This document shows, one piece after another, positions 1 to 10,989 of a DNA stretch of 64,000 nt. How positions within the stretch are numbered: the first letter of the stretch is position 1; each line of letters opens with the position of its first letter. The position numbers and the translations under genes were made by a program. The notes below the pieces were generated by a model. The model made no database searches and was not told the DNA's origin. It saw only the letters and a program-made list of their open reading frames with translations. This DNA comes from Raillietiella orientalis (taxonomy: Eukaryota). Where the stretch lies: contig JAYWIR010000033.1 in assembly GCA_036172245.1 (NCBI GenBank), positions 1,612,001 through 1,676,000 of the forward strand. The letters run 5' to 3'.

Positions 1-1580
1 CTCTCGGTCAAGCGCGACCTCTCCTGGGAAGGTGGGGGAAAAAAACATGCAAGCGAGTATAAGGATACCCCATCTGCAGTCGGGCCGTCGTCGGGCGCGT
101 GAACCGCCGTAGCCCATCCACTGGGCCGCACGGCGAGAAAGCGTCGTGCCTTTCGTCGAACCGCGCATGCGCTCCGGACGTCATCACCCGGAGAATTCCC
201 CTCCGTCTCCACCGCCCGGCTGTGCTCTCCCGCTTCGTCCTCCGCTCGACTGCCGCGGTCCCACGGGAGCGTTCCTTCCGAGACCGCCCAACCTGCGCCT
301 GCACAGTCGAACACGTTGCGTAGCGATCGAGGGATGGGCGGAGAGACCTCTGCCGTCGTCATTTCGGCGGCAGCTGCGTCTCATCTGTCCGTCTTCGCCG
401 CCGGCACGAGCAGCTCCACGTCCCAGGTTCGCTGCTGGAGCACGCAGCAGCAGCAGCGGCGCAGCTCCAGATCTTCGGGGTCGCTTGCGGAGGTTTCGCC
501 GACCTCCCGGTCATCCATCGGCCGCGTGCCCAGACTGCGGGAAGCAGTCTGTCCTGGCCGGGCCGCGTTCCCGCGCAGACCGACATCTCTCGCGCAGACG
601 CGCAGCACAGCGAAGGCGATCAGCAGTGCAATGCAATCCCAGCTTCTTCTGGAGAGATGCGCGGAAAGATACCTGGAGGATTGCGGTCACTCATCCCTCT
701 TCGGGTGAAGGAAGGTCTGAGGAGGAGGAAGGTCAGGTCTGCCGCCACCCCCGAAGCGGTGTTTGCGGCTGCGATTCGGAAGCCGATCGAGCGGGTGGGG
801 GAACGAGGACGGGCGCGTGCGCGGCCCCGCCGCTGCGGGCGACACCACGGGTCGTGTGCTGCCATCTCGGGGCGTGGGCATCCACTAGCGACGCGGTCCC
901 CCTCTTCCACGTCCGTCCACGTTTCGCTTCTCCGCAATCCGTGCGGCCTCTTCATCCCTTCCTGCGGGCCGGGCTGCTCTTCTCGAGGGTGGACGTTTCC
1001 CGGCTGGTGATCCACCTTGCGCCCCCCTACCGCTGCTTGTGCCGGGAAGGCCGCCGCTGCACGTCCGGGTGCACCGTCTTGCCTCCTGATGCGCTCCCCC
1101 CCGCCGTCCCTTGGGATGCTGGGCTTCACCGATCCGGCGCTCTGGTTGGGCTGCTGCAGTGAGCCCAGCTCTCCTCGCCTCGTGCCGATGCGAGGGCGCC
1201 GCCCTAGCGGCGGAACGTGGAAGGAAACCTCGGTACCGTCTCTGCCGGCCGTCGATCTCCGCCCACGCACTCCGCGGCAGCGACCAACGGCCAGTCGACT
1301 GGCAGACTGCGACCCGATCTCCAGTGCGATCGCTCTTTGGCGACGCTGAGCACAGTGGCCAAGCAGTGGAGAGCCAGGCAGGTATCCCGGAACGGGTTCG
1401 TTCCAGGATACCAGCTCCTGCTTTCCCTTGCGCGTCCCTCTGGAGCGGGGGTGGCAGTTCGGCGCGCCTCTCGATGACCGCATCCGAGCCTGCGGAGTGG
1501 TGGTTGAGAGCGTGGCTGACAAGCTCCTCCCATGCCACGCACCCCTGCACTTGCGGTCGGCATGGCGCGCTCACGCGTTA
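1..1580 (+). mobile_element. Degenerate non-LTR retrotransposon fragment (ORF1 end plus APE endonuclease remnant); inverted copy of 6460..8040
   Basis: Zinc-knuckle-like remnant (CPDCGK, ~530) and SDQRPV (~1280), resembling the SDHxPV motif that ends APE domains. Heavily frameshifted. Confidence 0.55.
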
Positions 1581-1983
1581 GGCTGCCGTAGAACGCGGGT
1601 TCCGCGTTATACGAGCACACGGGTGACGTGTAGAAATGATGGAAAATGGATGCGCGTCGAGTACGGTGGGATGTTTGGTGCTTCGCCGGGATGCAGAGGG
1701 AAAAATCCGTCATCTCACCTGAAGTGAAAAAAGAATGGAAAGAAAAAATCTTTGGAATTGTGTGGACGTGCGATCGGTCGCAACGATTCGGAAACGATGC
1801 GTTTCGTGGCCGTCGCTGAAGAACGTGCCCTGCCACGCCCTTTCGTTCGAAGTGAACAGAATTGGGCCTTCTGAAATCGAGCGCTCTTCCCGGAGACCGC
1901 CAAGTTCGAAGATTCCGTACAGAGTGGCACGGAGCTGATTCGTCCGCGTTGTACGGGGCAGTGTCCGTTGCTTTGTCCGCGTT
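1..1983. repeat. Left arm of a long near-perfect inverted repeat (may continue left of the window)
   Basis: 1..60 is the exact reverse complement of 7981..8040, and identity runs to 1983/6057. Differences seen: two substitutions (~1293, ~1656) and one C7/G8 homopolymer indel. The ORF track is mirrored. Confidence 0.97.
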
Positions 1984-2015
1984 ATAGGAGTACCTCGTTA
2001 TATGGGGTTACCTGT
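1585..2015. mobile_element. Possible pogo/Tigger-like MITE remnant (mirror copy ~6041..6455)
   Basis: Repeated ccgcgttRta motif (~1597, ~1944, ~1977). Ends read CAGGTAACCCCATATAACG and CAGTCACCACTCGTACAACG, resembling Tc1/pogo-type TIR starts. Confidence 0.35.
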
Positions 2016-2199
2016 TTGTTGAGCCAGGCCTCTGGAGCACCTCAAGCGTTCCCCATTGAACACTTCTTCGGGCTCCGCTGTGCTAAGGAAGGGTTGCGAG
2101 AGGAGGTGGCACGTCCTGTGAAGCACCCTGAGCCACTTCTTTCAGGTGTGTGCCGACTCGCTAGTCCGCTACACTCCGATGCCTCTCTTTCTTCCGCCT

Positions 2200-2780
2200 C
2201 GCCTCTCCCCGCACCGCTGCTAAGCGGGGAGGCTGCCGTGGAAGTGGGAAATTGGTCGTAGGAGTTGGACGTACGAGCGGAAGACGGATGGATACCACTT
2301 GGAGGCAGCTCGTTCATCTCTGAGGGGTGTAGCGGAAGAAGGGGCAAGAAGGGGATGCGGAAGTTTGGGGCAAAATGACCTTTGACCCATCTTCGCTCTT
2401 GAAATGGACGGGAAGTTCAGCCTTCTTGAACACCAACGCTCCGACATGAGACCCTAGCGGGCTTACCCTCTGGCTCTGAGTTGCAGCAGGGACACGCCTC
2501 AAAAGGTTTGGCCTCAGAAGGGTTTGGTGAGGAGCCCGCCTGGGGTGCCGTCGGCGCAGATGGCGGAGGCGGTGATGAACTCTCGAGCGACATCCTTGAG
2601 TCCACGGCTCAGGGTGCCATGGCAATAGCCTTCGAGTCTCGGCCCGGTCTGTCCTGAGTTCCCGAAAGAATGCATGTCCTTCCTATTGCTTCACTCCAAA
2701 GCTGTGCTCCAGCCTCCAGGAGCCACCGAAGGGGGGTCGACCCGAGAACACCGGAGCGCACCATCGCGTGTGGTCGCCAC
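2200..2780 (-). mobile_element. Dispersed repeat, probable LINE ORF1 remnant
   Basis: Clear similarity to 37980..38740 (ggatggataccacYtggaggcag; gaaatggacgggaagttc; shared peptides such as NFPSIS and WYPSVF). Confidence 0.65.
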
Positions 2781-3949
2781 GCGTGCGAAAACTCGCAGCT
2801 GAGGTCACGCTGAAGATCATTGACGCTTCCCCTCTAGCGGCGAAATGGAGAACCTTCCCCTTGCTTAATCTTTTCCCGCCCCTGCCCTGACCTCTTTCTC
2901 TTGCAGGCGCATCCCCTCCCTGGACGCTGGAGTTCCGAGCCGACTCCCAGGACAGGTTCGTTGCCTGGGTTACTCCTGCATCTCCTCTTGGATTCGGGCT
3001 CAGCCGGTTCGCCTCGCCTCTTGACGAAACGCCTCGCTGGCCAGCGTGCCGCGTGCTCCAGCGACCGCGGGTGGGTCTGCATCCCGCACTACGCGCATGT
3101 CCCGCACGCGCCTTCCCTTTTGGGCGCCCCAGGAGCGCGGAGGCCATCCAGCTCGCGTGCACGAGGCGGCGGCCGGCGAACCGCGCATGCTCTCTCTCTC
3201 CGGCAAACAGGAGACGATCCGACGCGCCCAGAAAGGAGGGCACGGCCTTTCCTCTGCCGGGGAGTTTCCGAATGAAGGAGCTCCTTGCCTCCCTGCGATG
3301 TACCGTGAGGCGGATTCGCGCCTCGCGGTCGAATGCGGAGTCCCCATGCGCTATCTCAGGATCTCCTCGCCCGAACGACCACGGAGCCCGCGCGCTTCCG
3401 GGAATCCTGGAAATTCCGAAACTGCCCCATTGCATGGGGCGAGTCCGGCTGTCGCCACATCAGCCGGAGCCTCCTCTCCAGAAATCTGGGGAGTGGAAGA
3501 GTTACTTTTCCCGAGGGGAAGAGCCCCTACGCACCGTCGTTGGCCAAGCAGACAAGACTCACGATGTCTCTCCTCACTCTGGAGAAAACACCAAAAGCGG
3601 AAGCTGAAAGCCACTGAGGTTCGTCATGCGGAGACTGGTAAATGAGAACCCAATGTCATTGGCGATCGGCGACCGGACTTGCCCGCACTGATTGGATGCC
3701 TGGCGTGGAGGGAGTTCTTGAGATCTGGCGCTTATTGGCTGAAATTCTCCTTCAGCCAATAAGCGCTTATTGGCTGAACGAACACTTGGAACGTCCGCAG
3801 AGCTCAGAATTGTGGATTCGTGCAGAACTTCCGACTCGCTGATACCAACTGCGTCCAGATGCAGGATGCTGCGACCGCACGGCAGCAGCCACCATCTCCG
3901 AACTGAAAGAGAATTGAACAGCGAAAAACAGGAGGTTGGAGGCAACTCG

Positions 3950-5055
3950 GCCAACCATGATTGTCACCCTCCCGTTTCAGCCCGGCGTGACCTTCCTTTT
4001 CTTTGAAACTACGAGCTTCTCGATAATCTGTGGGGATTTCATTAACCCATTTTGAAGGAGAATGCATCCCGATTCTCCTGCCTATCCCAAATTTGTGATA
4101 AAGAGGGATCCTAAACGACAAGTGCTGGCACCAGACGGAGGGGTCAGTGTGAATCGAACCGGGGAGGAAGTGCCGTCAGGGTGGAAGGCCCATGAATAAA
4201 CAAATAGGGGTGATGGGATGGACTAGCATCACGGTAGGGATCGGGTTCTGGATGGCATTGCCGAGCAGTTGGGGTACCTCCCGCGACGTGCGCTCTGCCT
4301 CGCGGTTCCAAAAGACCGCACGCGATGCGTTCCACCAAAACCAGATGCTCAGTTCCCAGAGCTCCGCAGAGATGGCGCTGAATTCGTCTCCGTCGCCAGA
4401 TCTATCGGTGAGGCAGAACTTCGTCTCTCTTCACCGCGATGGTCCTTGGCCAGCATCCCGCCTACGACAGACTCATGCTCCAACCACCTCAACGAGGTGC
4501 CGTTCGACCTGATGGTCACCCTTCTTTGATTATCCGAGGTACACGAAAGTCTAAGCCGGCCTCCTCTGCGTCTAAAAGGCCTCCATTGAGGTCCTTAGAA
4601 TCGAGGGAGTGATTGGAGATTTTGTTCCCACCACGGGAGGTCCACAGCTGCCTTGGACTTCCTGAGATACCTCCCACTGGGCACATCCACCTGCAAAAGG
4701 CTCTTCGAGAGGCAGTGAAGCTGCTGGCAACGGCTGCTCTCCAGTCAATCGTTGTTGCCTCAGTAGTGGGTGCGACGATGCAATCGTTTGAAATGCAAAT
4801 AAACGCGGTCTCGTCCGCAGCCAGGAACGCACCACTGTTGCCTTGGTAGCGGGTCGGACGATCCCTGAGTTATTTTGAAAGTGAACATCGCTTCAAAAAC
4901 AACCAAGGCTGATTTGAAATAACTCGTGCAGTCACTCACAGTGAGGCGACGCACGCAGGAGAGAGGCACATATGGAATGCGAGATGCCGTCTCCCTTGCA
5001 CGTTGCATTTTGCCTTGTCAATGTTTATTTCATTTTGTATTTTATTCGTTTAAAA
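3950..5055 (+). mobile_element. Degenerate LINE 3' portion (second family)
   Basis: 4170..4240 matches the reverse complement of ~60000..60060 (gaaggcccatgaataaa.aaatagg.gtgatg.gatgg). Ends in a T-rich tract near 5020..5055. Confidence 0.5.
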
Positions 5056-6056
5056 AGCTTGCACTACGAGTCGGATCGGTAGAGGAGAGGCTCCCAACGT
5101 AGCAATCTAGGCAGGCCGGTCGCCACCGCCACGCCCGCATCATCGTCGGCGACAGGAGGCAGGTGCCCGGGATTGCTGCGGGGATGCGCATGCAACCAAG
5201 CTGGCACGTCTATAGGGAAAAGTCTGCGGGGTTCGCAAAGCGCAAGGCGTAGGGGGTGTGGCTTACAGGGATGCGGATCACCGGTGTTCTGGCGCGTCTG
5301 CAGGCGAGTGCGAATCCAAGCCGCCGCGCTCCAACAGCCACAAGAAGAGAGAGCGGTTTCAAGTAGAGAGAGCTCTCATGCGCTTCCCTCGCAACGTCGT
5401 CCATGGTGGCTACCCTGACCAGGCTCCCGGAGGGACTCTCGATCGTACAATCCCTCTTCAGGGAACTGATTTTACCCTTCACCCTCTGGGCACGGGGACG
5501 CAACGACCTGCCTTTCACCGAATGCTCTCGGCCAGCTCTTCTATACCTCTGCAGAAGGCAAAAAAAGGGAGCCATACATTTTGAGGAAGTGTTCCCGCTC
5601 CATCCATGTGAAACTGGAAACACCCACAAGCATGAATTGAAAGTTCAGACCCGTTTGCAGCCCGTAGAGGACATCACTCGGAGCTTTCCATTTCTGCAGC
5701 CTGCGAGAAGCACCGCTACGCGTGCTCTGACTGGAGCAATCTGAAACCGTCGCAACTCCCCGAGAAGTGCGGAAGCAGAGAACTCCGAGTCCCACAAAGC
5801 CCTTAACAGACCGTGTGGTCCCAGCCTGGGAACCGATGTAAATGGCGACCCTGGTACAAAAAGCCAGCTACGGAACCATCTCCGCAAGTGACGCAAAATC
5901 AGGTTGTCGGATGCGATCACCCGCAGGCGACGTAGAGGGCAGGACGAATCGACCCATTCCGGGAAGGGGGTCCAAAGTGCGACAGGAGATGGTGCTACAG
6001 GGACGGAAGAGTCGCCGCACGGGACGATGCGTGCACGAAACAGTCACCACTCGTAC

Positions 6057-8040
6057 AACGCGGACAAAGCAACGGACACTGCCCCGTACAACGCGGACGA
6101 ATCAGCTCCGTGCCACTCTGTACGGAATCTTCGAACTTGGCGGTCTCCGGGAAGAGCGCTCGATTTCAGAAGGCCCAATTCTGTTCACTTCGAACGAAAG
6201 GGCGTGGCAGGGCACGTTCTTCAGCGACGGCCACGAAACGCATCGTTTCCGAATCGTTGCGACCGATCGCACGTCCACACAATTCCAAAGATTTTTTCTT
6301 TCCATTCTTTTTTCACTTCAGGTGAGATGACGGATTTTTCCCTCTGCATCCCGGCGAAGCACCAAACATCCCACCGTACTCGAAGCGCATCCATTTTCCA
6401 TCATTTCTACACGTCACCCGTGTGCTCGTATAACGCGGAACCCGCGTTCTACGGCAGCCTAACGCGTGAGCGCGCCATGCCGACCGCAAGTGCAGGGGTG
6501 CGTGGCATGGGAGGAGCTTGTCAGCCACGCTCTCAACCACCACTCCGCAGGCTCGGATGCGGTCATCGAGAGGCGCGCCGAACTGCCACCCCCGCTCCAG
6601 AGGGACGCGCAAGGGAAAGCAGGAGCTGGTATCCTGGAACGAACCCGTTCCGGGATACCTGCCTGGCTCTCCACTGCTTGGCCACTGTGCTCAGCGTCGC
6701 CAAAGAGCGATCGCACTGGAGATCGGGTCGCAGTCTGCCAGTCGACGGGCCGTTGGTCGCTGCCGCGGAGTGCGTGGGCGGAGATCGACGGCCGGCAGAG
6801 ACGGTACCGAGGTTTCCTTCCACGTTCCGCCGCTAGGGCGGCGCCCTCGCATCGGCACGAGGCGAGGAGAGCTGGGCTCACTGCAGCAGCCCAACCAGAG
6901 CGCCGGATCGGTGAAGCCCAGCATCCCAAGGGACGGCGGGGGGGGAGCGCATCAGGAGGCAAGACGGTGCACCCGGACGTGCAGCGGCGGCCTTCCCGGC
7001 ACAAGCAGCGGTAGGGGGGCGCAAGGTGGATCACCAGCCGGGAAACGTCCACCCTCGAGAAGAGCAGCCCGGCCCGCAGGAAGGGATGAAGAGGCCGCAC
7101 GGATTGCGGAGAAGCGAAACGTGGACGGACGTGGAAGAGGGGGACCGCGTCGCTAGTGGATGCCCACGCCCCGAGATGGCAGCACACGACCCGTGGTGTC
7201 GCCCGCAGCGGCGGGGCCGCGCACGCGCCCGTCCTCGTTCCCCCACCCGCTCGATCGGCTTCCGAATCGCAGCCGCAAACACCGCTTCGGGGGTGGCGGC
7301 AGACCTGACCTTCCTCCTCCTCAGACCTTCCTTCACCCGAAGAGGGATGAGTGACCGCAATCCTCCAGGTATCTTTCCGCGCATCTCTCCAGAAGAAGCT
7401 GGGATTGCATTGCACTGCTGATCGCCTTCGCTGTGCTGCGCGTCTGCGCGAGAGATGTCGGTCTGCGCGGGAACGCGGCCCGGCCAGGACAGACTGCTTC
7501 CCGCAGTCTGGGCACGCGGCCGATGGATGACCGGGAGGTCGGCGAAACCTCCGCAAGCGACCCCGAAGATCTGGAGCTGCGCCGCTGCTGCTGCTGCGTG
7601 CTCCAGCAGCGAACCTGGGACGTGGAGCTGCTCGTGCCGGCGGCGAAGACGGACAGATGAGACGCAGCTGCCGCCGAAATGACGACGGCAGAGGTCTCTC
7701 CGCCCATCCCTCGATCGCTACGCAACGTGTTCGACTGTGCAGGCGCAGGTTGGGCGGTCTCGGAAGGAACGCTCCCGTGGGACCGCGGCAGTCGAGCGGA
7801 GGACGAAGCGGGAGAGCACAGCCGGGCGGTGGAGACGGAGGGGAATTCTCCGGGTGATGACGTCCGGAGCGCATGCGCGGTTCGACGAAAGGCACGACGC
7901 TTTCTCGCCGTGCGGCCCAGTGGATGGGCTACGGCGGTTCACGCGCCCGACGACGGCCCGACTGCAGATGGGGTATCCTTATACTCGCTTGCATGTTTTT
8001 TTCCCCCACCTTCCCAGGAGAGGTCGCGCTTGACCGAGAG
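6057..8040. repeat. Right arm of the inverted repeat (spacer 1984..6056)
   Basis: Reverse complement of 1..1983. Confidence 0.97.
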
Positions 8041-9000
8041 GTTCGTTTGGAGCGTTCCGGAGACTTGCTGGAGCTTGGGACGTCAGCAGGAAGCAGCGGG
8101 ACGCGGCAGGTGCAGCCAGGACCACGAGCGGGTCTGGTCGGGCGCTTCCCGGCACCCGGGACCCCCTGGGCAACCGCTCTGCGAACGGAGCGTCGCCGGA
8201 GCGAAGCGCCACCGGGAGAACGACAGGCGAGATGGAGCCAGAAGCGATGCGCGGATGCTGGGCTCCTCCGTCGGCGCACTTGCCGCCGCGACGGACTGCG
8301 CGCGGCTGCTTGCAGGCGAAGCCCGAGGCGTCCGTTGACCACGTGTGGACCGACGTCCCGCCTGCGCTCGCGGGTGGAAGGGACGGCGAACGCGAACGCG
8401 GGCCTCTCGTAGCCCGATCACCGCCGCACCGGGGCTGAGCTGGCGTCGCTCAGGGGAGGTACCGAAACGCAGATGCGCCCGCGTCTTCTCCGAGCTGCCG
8501 CCGGGTTCGAATTCCCGCCCGGGGAAGACATTCGAGACCGAGAACGGGGAATGCGTCGCCGGTGTCCAGTTTCGCCACAAGATGACGCTGGTTGGCCCGT
8601 CCCGGTGCGCCGGTGCTAATGGAAGCCGGATGCCCCCGTTGACCGGTCGGGATCTTTCCGGGAACCGAGAAACCGGTTCCCTTCGGAGTCCCCTTACGGT
8701 TGTGTGGACAGAGGGTTGCGGTGCTGGTTGACACACCTGCCTCGGGGGTTGCTTCTCGAGAGTGTCAGGAAGCGCCTTTCGGAGAAAGCGGGAAGAGTCC
8801 CTCCCGGGTTCTCTTCAGAGGAGGAAGTCAGGAGCGGAACATTTCCGGGGGGTTCCTGCGGTGACAATAAGGAAGTTCGGGTTCCCTCTCAAGCGTGAGA
8901 GGGGAACGGACTCCTCCTTGCTGAGCGTCCTCGGATGCAATCCCATGGCTGCCCCCTAGCTGAAGAGTTACGCACACCCTCGGGTGGCGCGGATAGAGTT
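6460..9000 (-). mobile_element. Degenerate LINE 5' half (5' end, ORF1, endonuclease remnant)
   Basis: 8750..8990 is homologous to 34860..35070, 38770..39080, 49830..49990 and 21250..21370. An FSVSNVFPG-like peptide is shared with the copies at ~21200 and ~49540. Confidence 0.6.
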
Positions 9001-9019
9001 TTTTTTTAAAAAAAAAAAA

Positions 9020-9960
9020 AAATCAGAAAATGTGATGCCTGAGGCCTGGATGGGCCACCGGAATGCCCAGGAAGAACTCCGAAACTTCGAGGTGGCTGCT
9101 GCGTCAAACAGTGAGCAGCTGAGCCGCACTGAAGATTCCACACGCCTCTTCTGCGAGTGGATTCCTTCTCATCTTCTCCTGGAAGGCTTTGCCGAAGGTC
9201 GGTAGCGCGGCGACGACTTCCTTTGTGACCGGCAGAGAGCCTGATATGAGGCGCAAGCTGAGTTCGCCGCGTGGGCGGAGGGGCAACCGGGAGCAGCAGG
9301 CCTCTCGAATCGGGGAGACCAGTTGATCGCGCACTGACCATGGCAGAGCGAGGATACGGCGCGCAGTGGAGTCGACGCTGCTCCCACCTGCACTTCGGGG
9401 GTGCCTCCCGACGAGTGCCACACCACCGGCTCCTCTGTGCTGGCACGCGTTGGCTTTCAGGGGAGGATTCCATCCGGTCGTTCACGATCAGCGGAGTCGC
9501 AGTCGCTACTGGAGGCTCGAATATGTTGGCACCAGGCCGACCGGGATGCCCTTGGGGTTGTTCCAACTGTCTGCGGCAGGCTGGGACTTCTGTTACAGGA
9601 GGAAGGCCTTCTTCGGGTCCGTGAGGGCAATCCGGGAAGCTGTCGTTCCTTTGCACGCTCTTTTGCATGTGGGTCTCAAGCCATCCTCCTGATTGTGGCA
9701 GCGTCCGAGTTGGGCCGGTGGCGGTATTGCTAGTTATCCTGGGACACATCCACGCGGACGTAGGTCGAGCTATGAATGCCAGTGTGCTGTACGCTTGCAG
9801 CTGGTTCAGACCGCGTGAAGAAGGAGCCACGGCTGCTTCTAAAAAGGGCATGCCCCTGGGGACTGCGCCCAGGGTTCCACCCGGGAAAGGAGCACCAGGC
9901 CTCCAAAAGGATTTCAGCTGCCCTCTGAAGCTGGTGGAGAGACTCGGCTTTCCAGCCTAT
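9020..9960 (-). mobile_element. Degenerate LINE reverse transcriptase fragment
   Basis: The minus strand gives IALTDPKKAF (~9605..9635), resembling the LDxxKAFD RT motif. Broken by frameshifts. Confidence 0.5.
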
Positions 9961-9984
9961 TTTCTCGTTTACCAGGGCTAGCCG

Positions 9985-10980
9985 TGGTTTATCGCCTGGA
10001 TTTTCCGGGCATTTATTATAGGAATAATAAAATTACAAAGTATTTGTCGTGTGGTGAACCACTTGGTTCACCACGTCACTCCAGCTTGTCGGTCACCGGT
10101 CTGTAGACCGGTGAGGTGCATTTCCGCGGAGAAGGGGGAGGGAAGAACGAAAACGAAAAAAAAACAAAAAAAGAATGAAAAAATGGGGAGGGAGATGTTT
10201 CCTGGGGAGGGGGGAGGGAGGGTAAGGGATTGCTGTTTGCCTGGAGACGGCCTCTGCATCCAGGATACCAACAAGTTGCGTTCTCACATTGCCCAGGTGG
10301 GGCCATCTGGATGCGGTCCTCAAAAAGATCCACGCCCAGTGGATGGCGTCCCTGCGATTCTGGCTTCTTCTTGTCGTGTTCCAGAGCGCCACGATCCCTC
10401 CAGAAGAGAACTGCTAGCTGCGCTGCTGGGAGGAAGATCGGAACGAAAGAGGAGGCGCTTAAAAATGTCCCTGGGGCCGCCTCGGGAATATCGAGGGTCA
10501 GTATTCCCAAAGCCATTCCAGGGGGATCGGAGGGCGGCACAGTCCAGCAGAAGGTGTGGAAAAGTCTCTTTGTCGCTGCACCTTCCTCAAAGGGCATCCA
10601 CACTGCCCCGTGTCCAATAATGAAGTCGCGCTTTGCATGGGATTCCCCATTGCAACACCAGCAACGCAAACCCCTGCCACTCGAGGGGTAGGGTGTCACT
10701 TTCCAACACGCTGGGAGTCCCTTCACTTCCTCGGGAGCTCGCTGTGGTAAATCTCCTTCAGCGGCCTTCTTACCGAAGGATCAAGGTCAGATGGGGAATC
10801 CGTCCGGGTCCGATTCTCTTCAGATCGCTCTTTGAGCTGGTGCTGGACACACGTCGTCGAACCCGATGACGCGCGCCCGGAGCAGCAGCGTGTGACCGGC
10901 GACCTGCTCCTCTCGACCCCCTCCCTCCCATGAGGTCATCCTCTTCAGCGGAAGTGCCGGCTCCCAGTCGCAATTCCGAG
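9985..10980 (-). mobile_element. L1/Tx1-like LINE 3' end, copy A
   Basis: C-terminal peptide DAIHWAWIFLRTASRWPHLG, eroded CCHC finger (HLLLDC), pyrimidine-rich 3' UTR and AATAAA. Confidence 0.75.
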
Positions 10981-10989
10981 ATCGTGACA

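Noticed and set aside
6290..6470. Strong polypyrimidine-CAG acceptor and possible 144-nt exon (6322..6465)
   Set aside because: The peptide is unrecognisable, no partner exons were found, and it lies within a MITE-like repeat.
6459..7895. 478-aa ORF and other long Arg/Pro/Ser/Gly-rich ORFs (e.g. 35125..36285, 40971..42065)
   Set aside because: These are stop-poor GC-rich TE sequence. The mirror copy of this ORF is split by a frameshift, and 40971..42065 merely overlaps a GBA exon out of frame.
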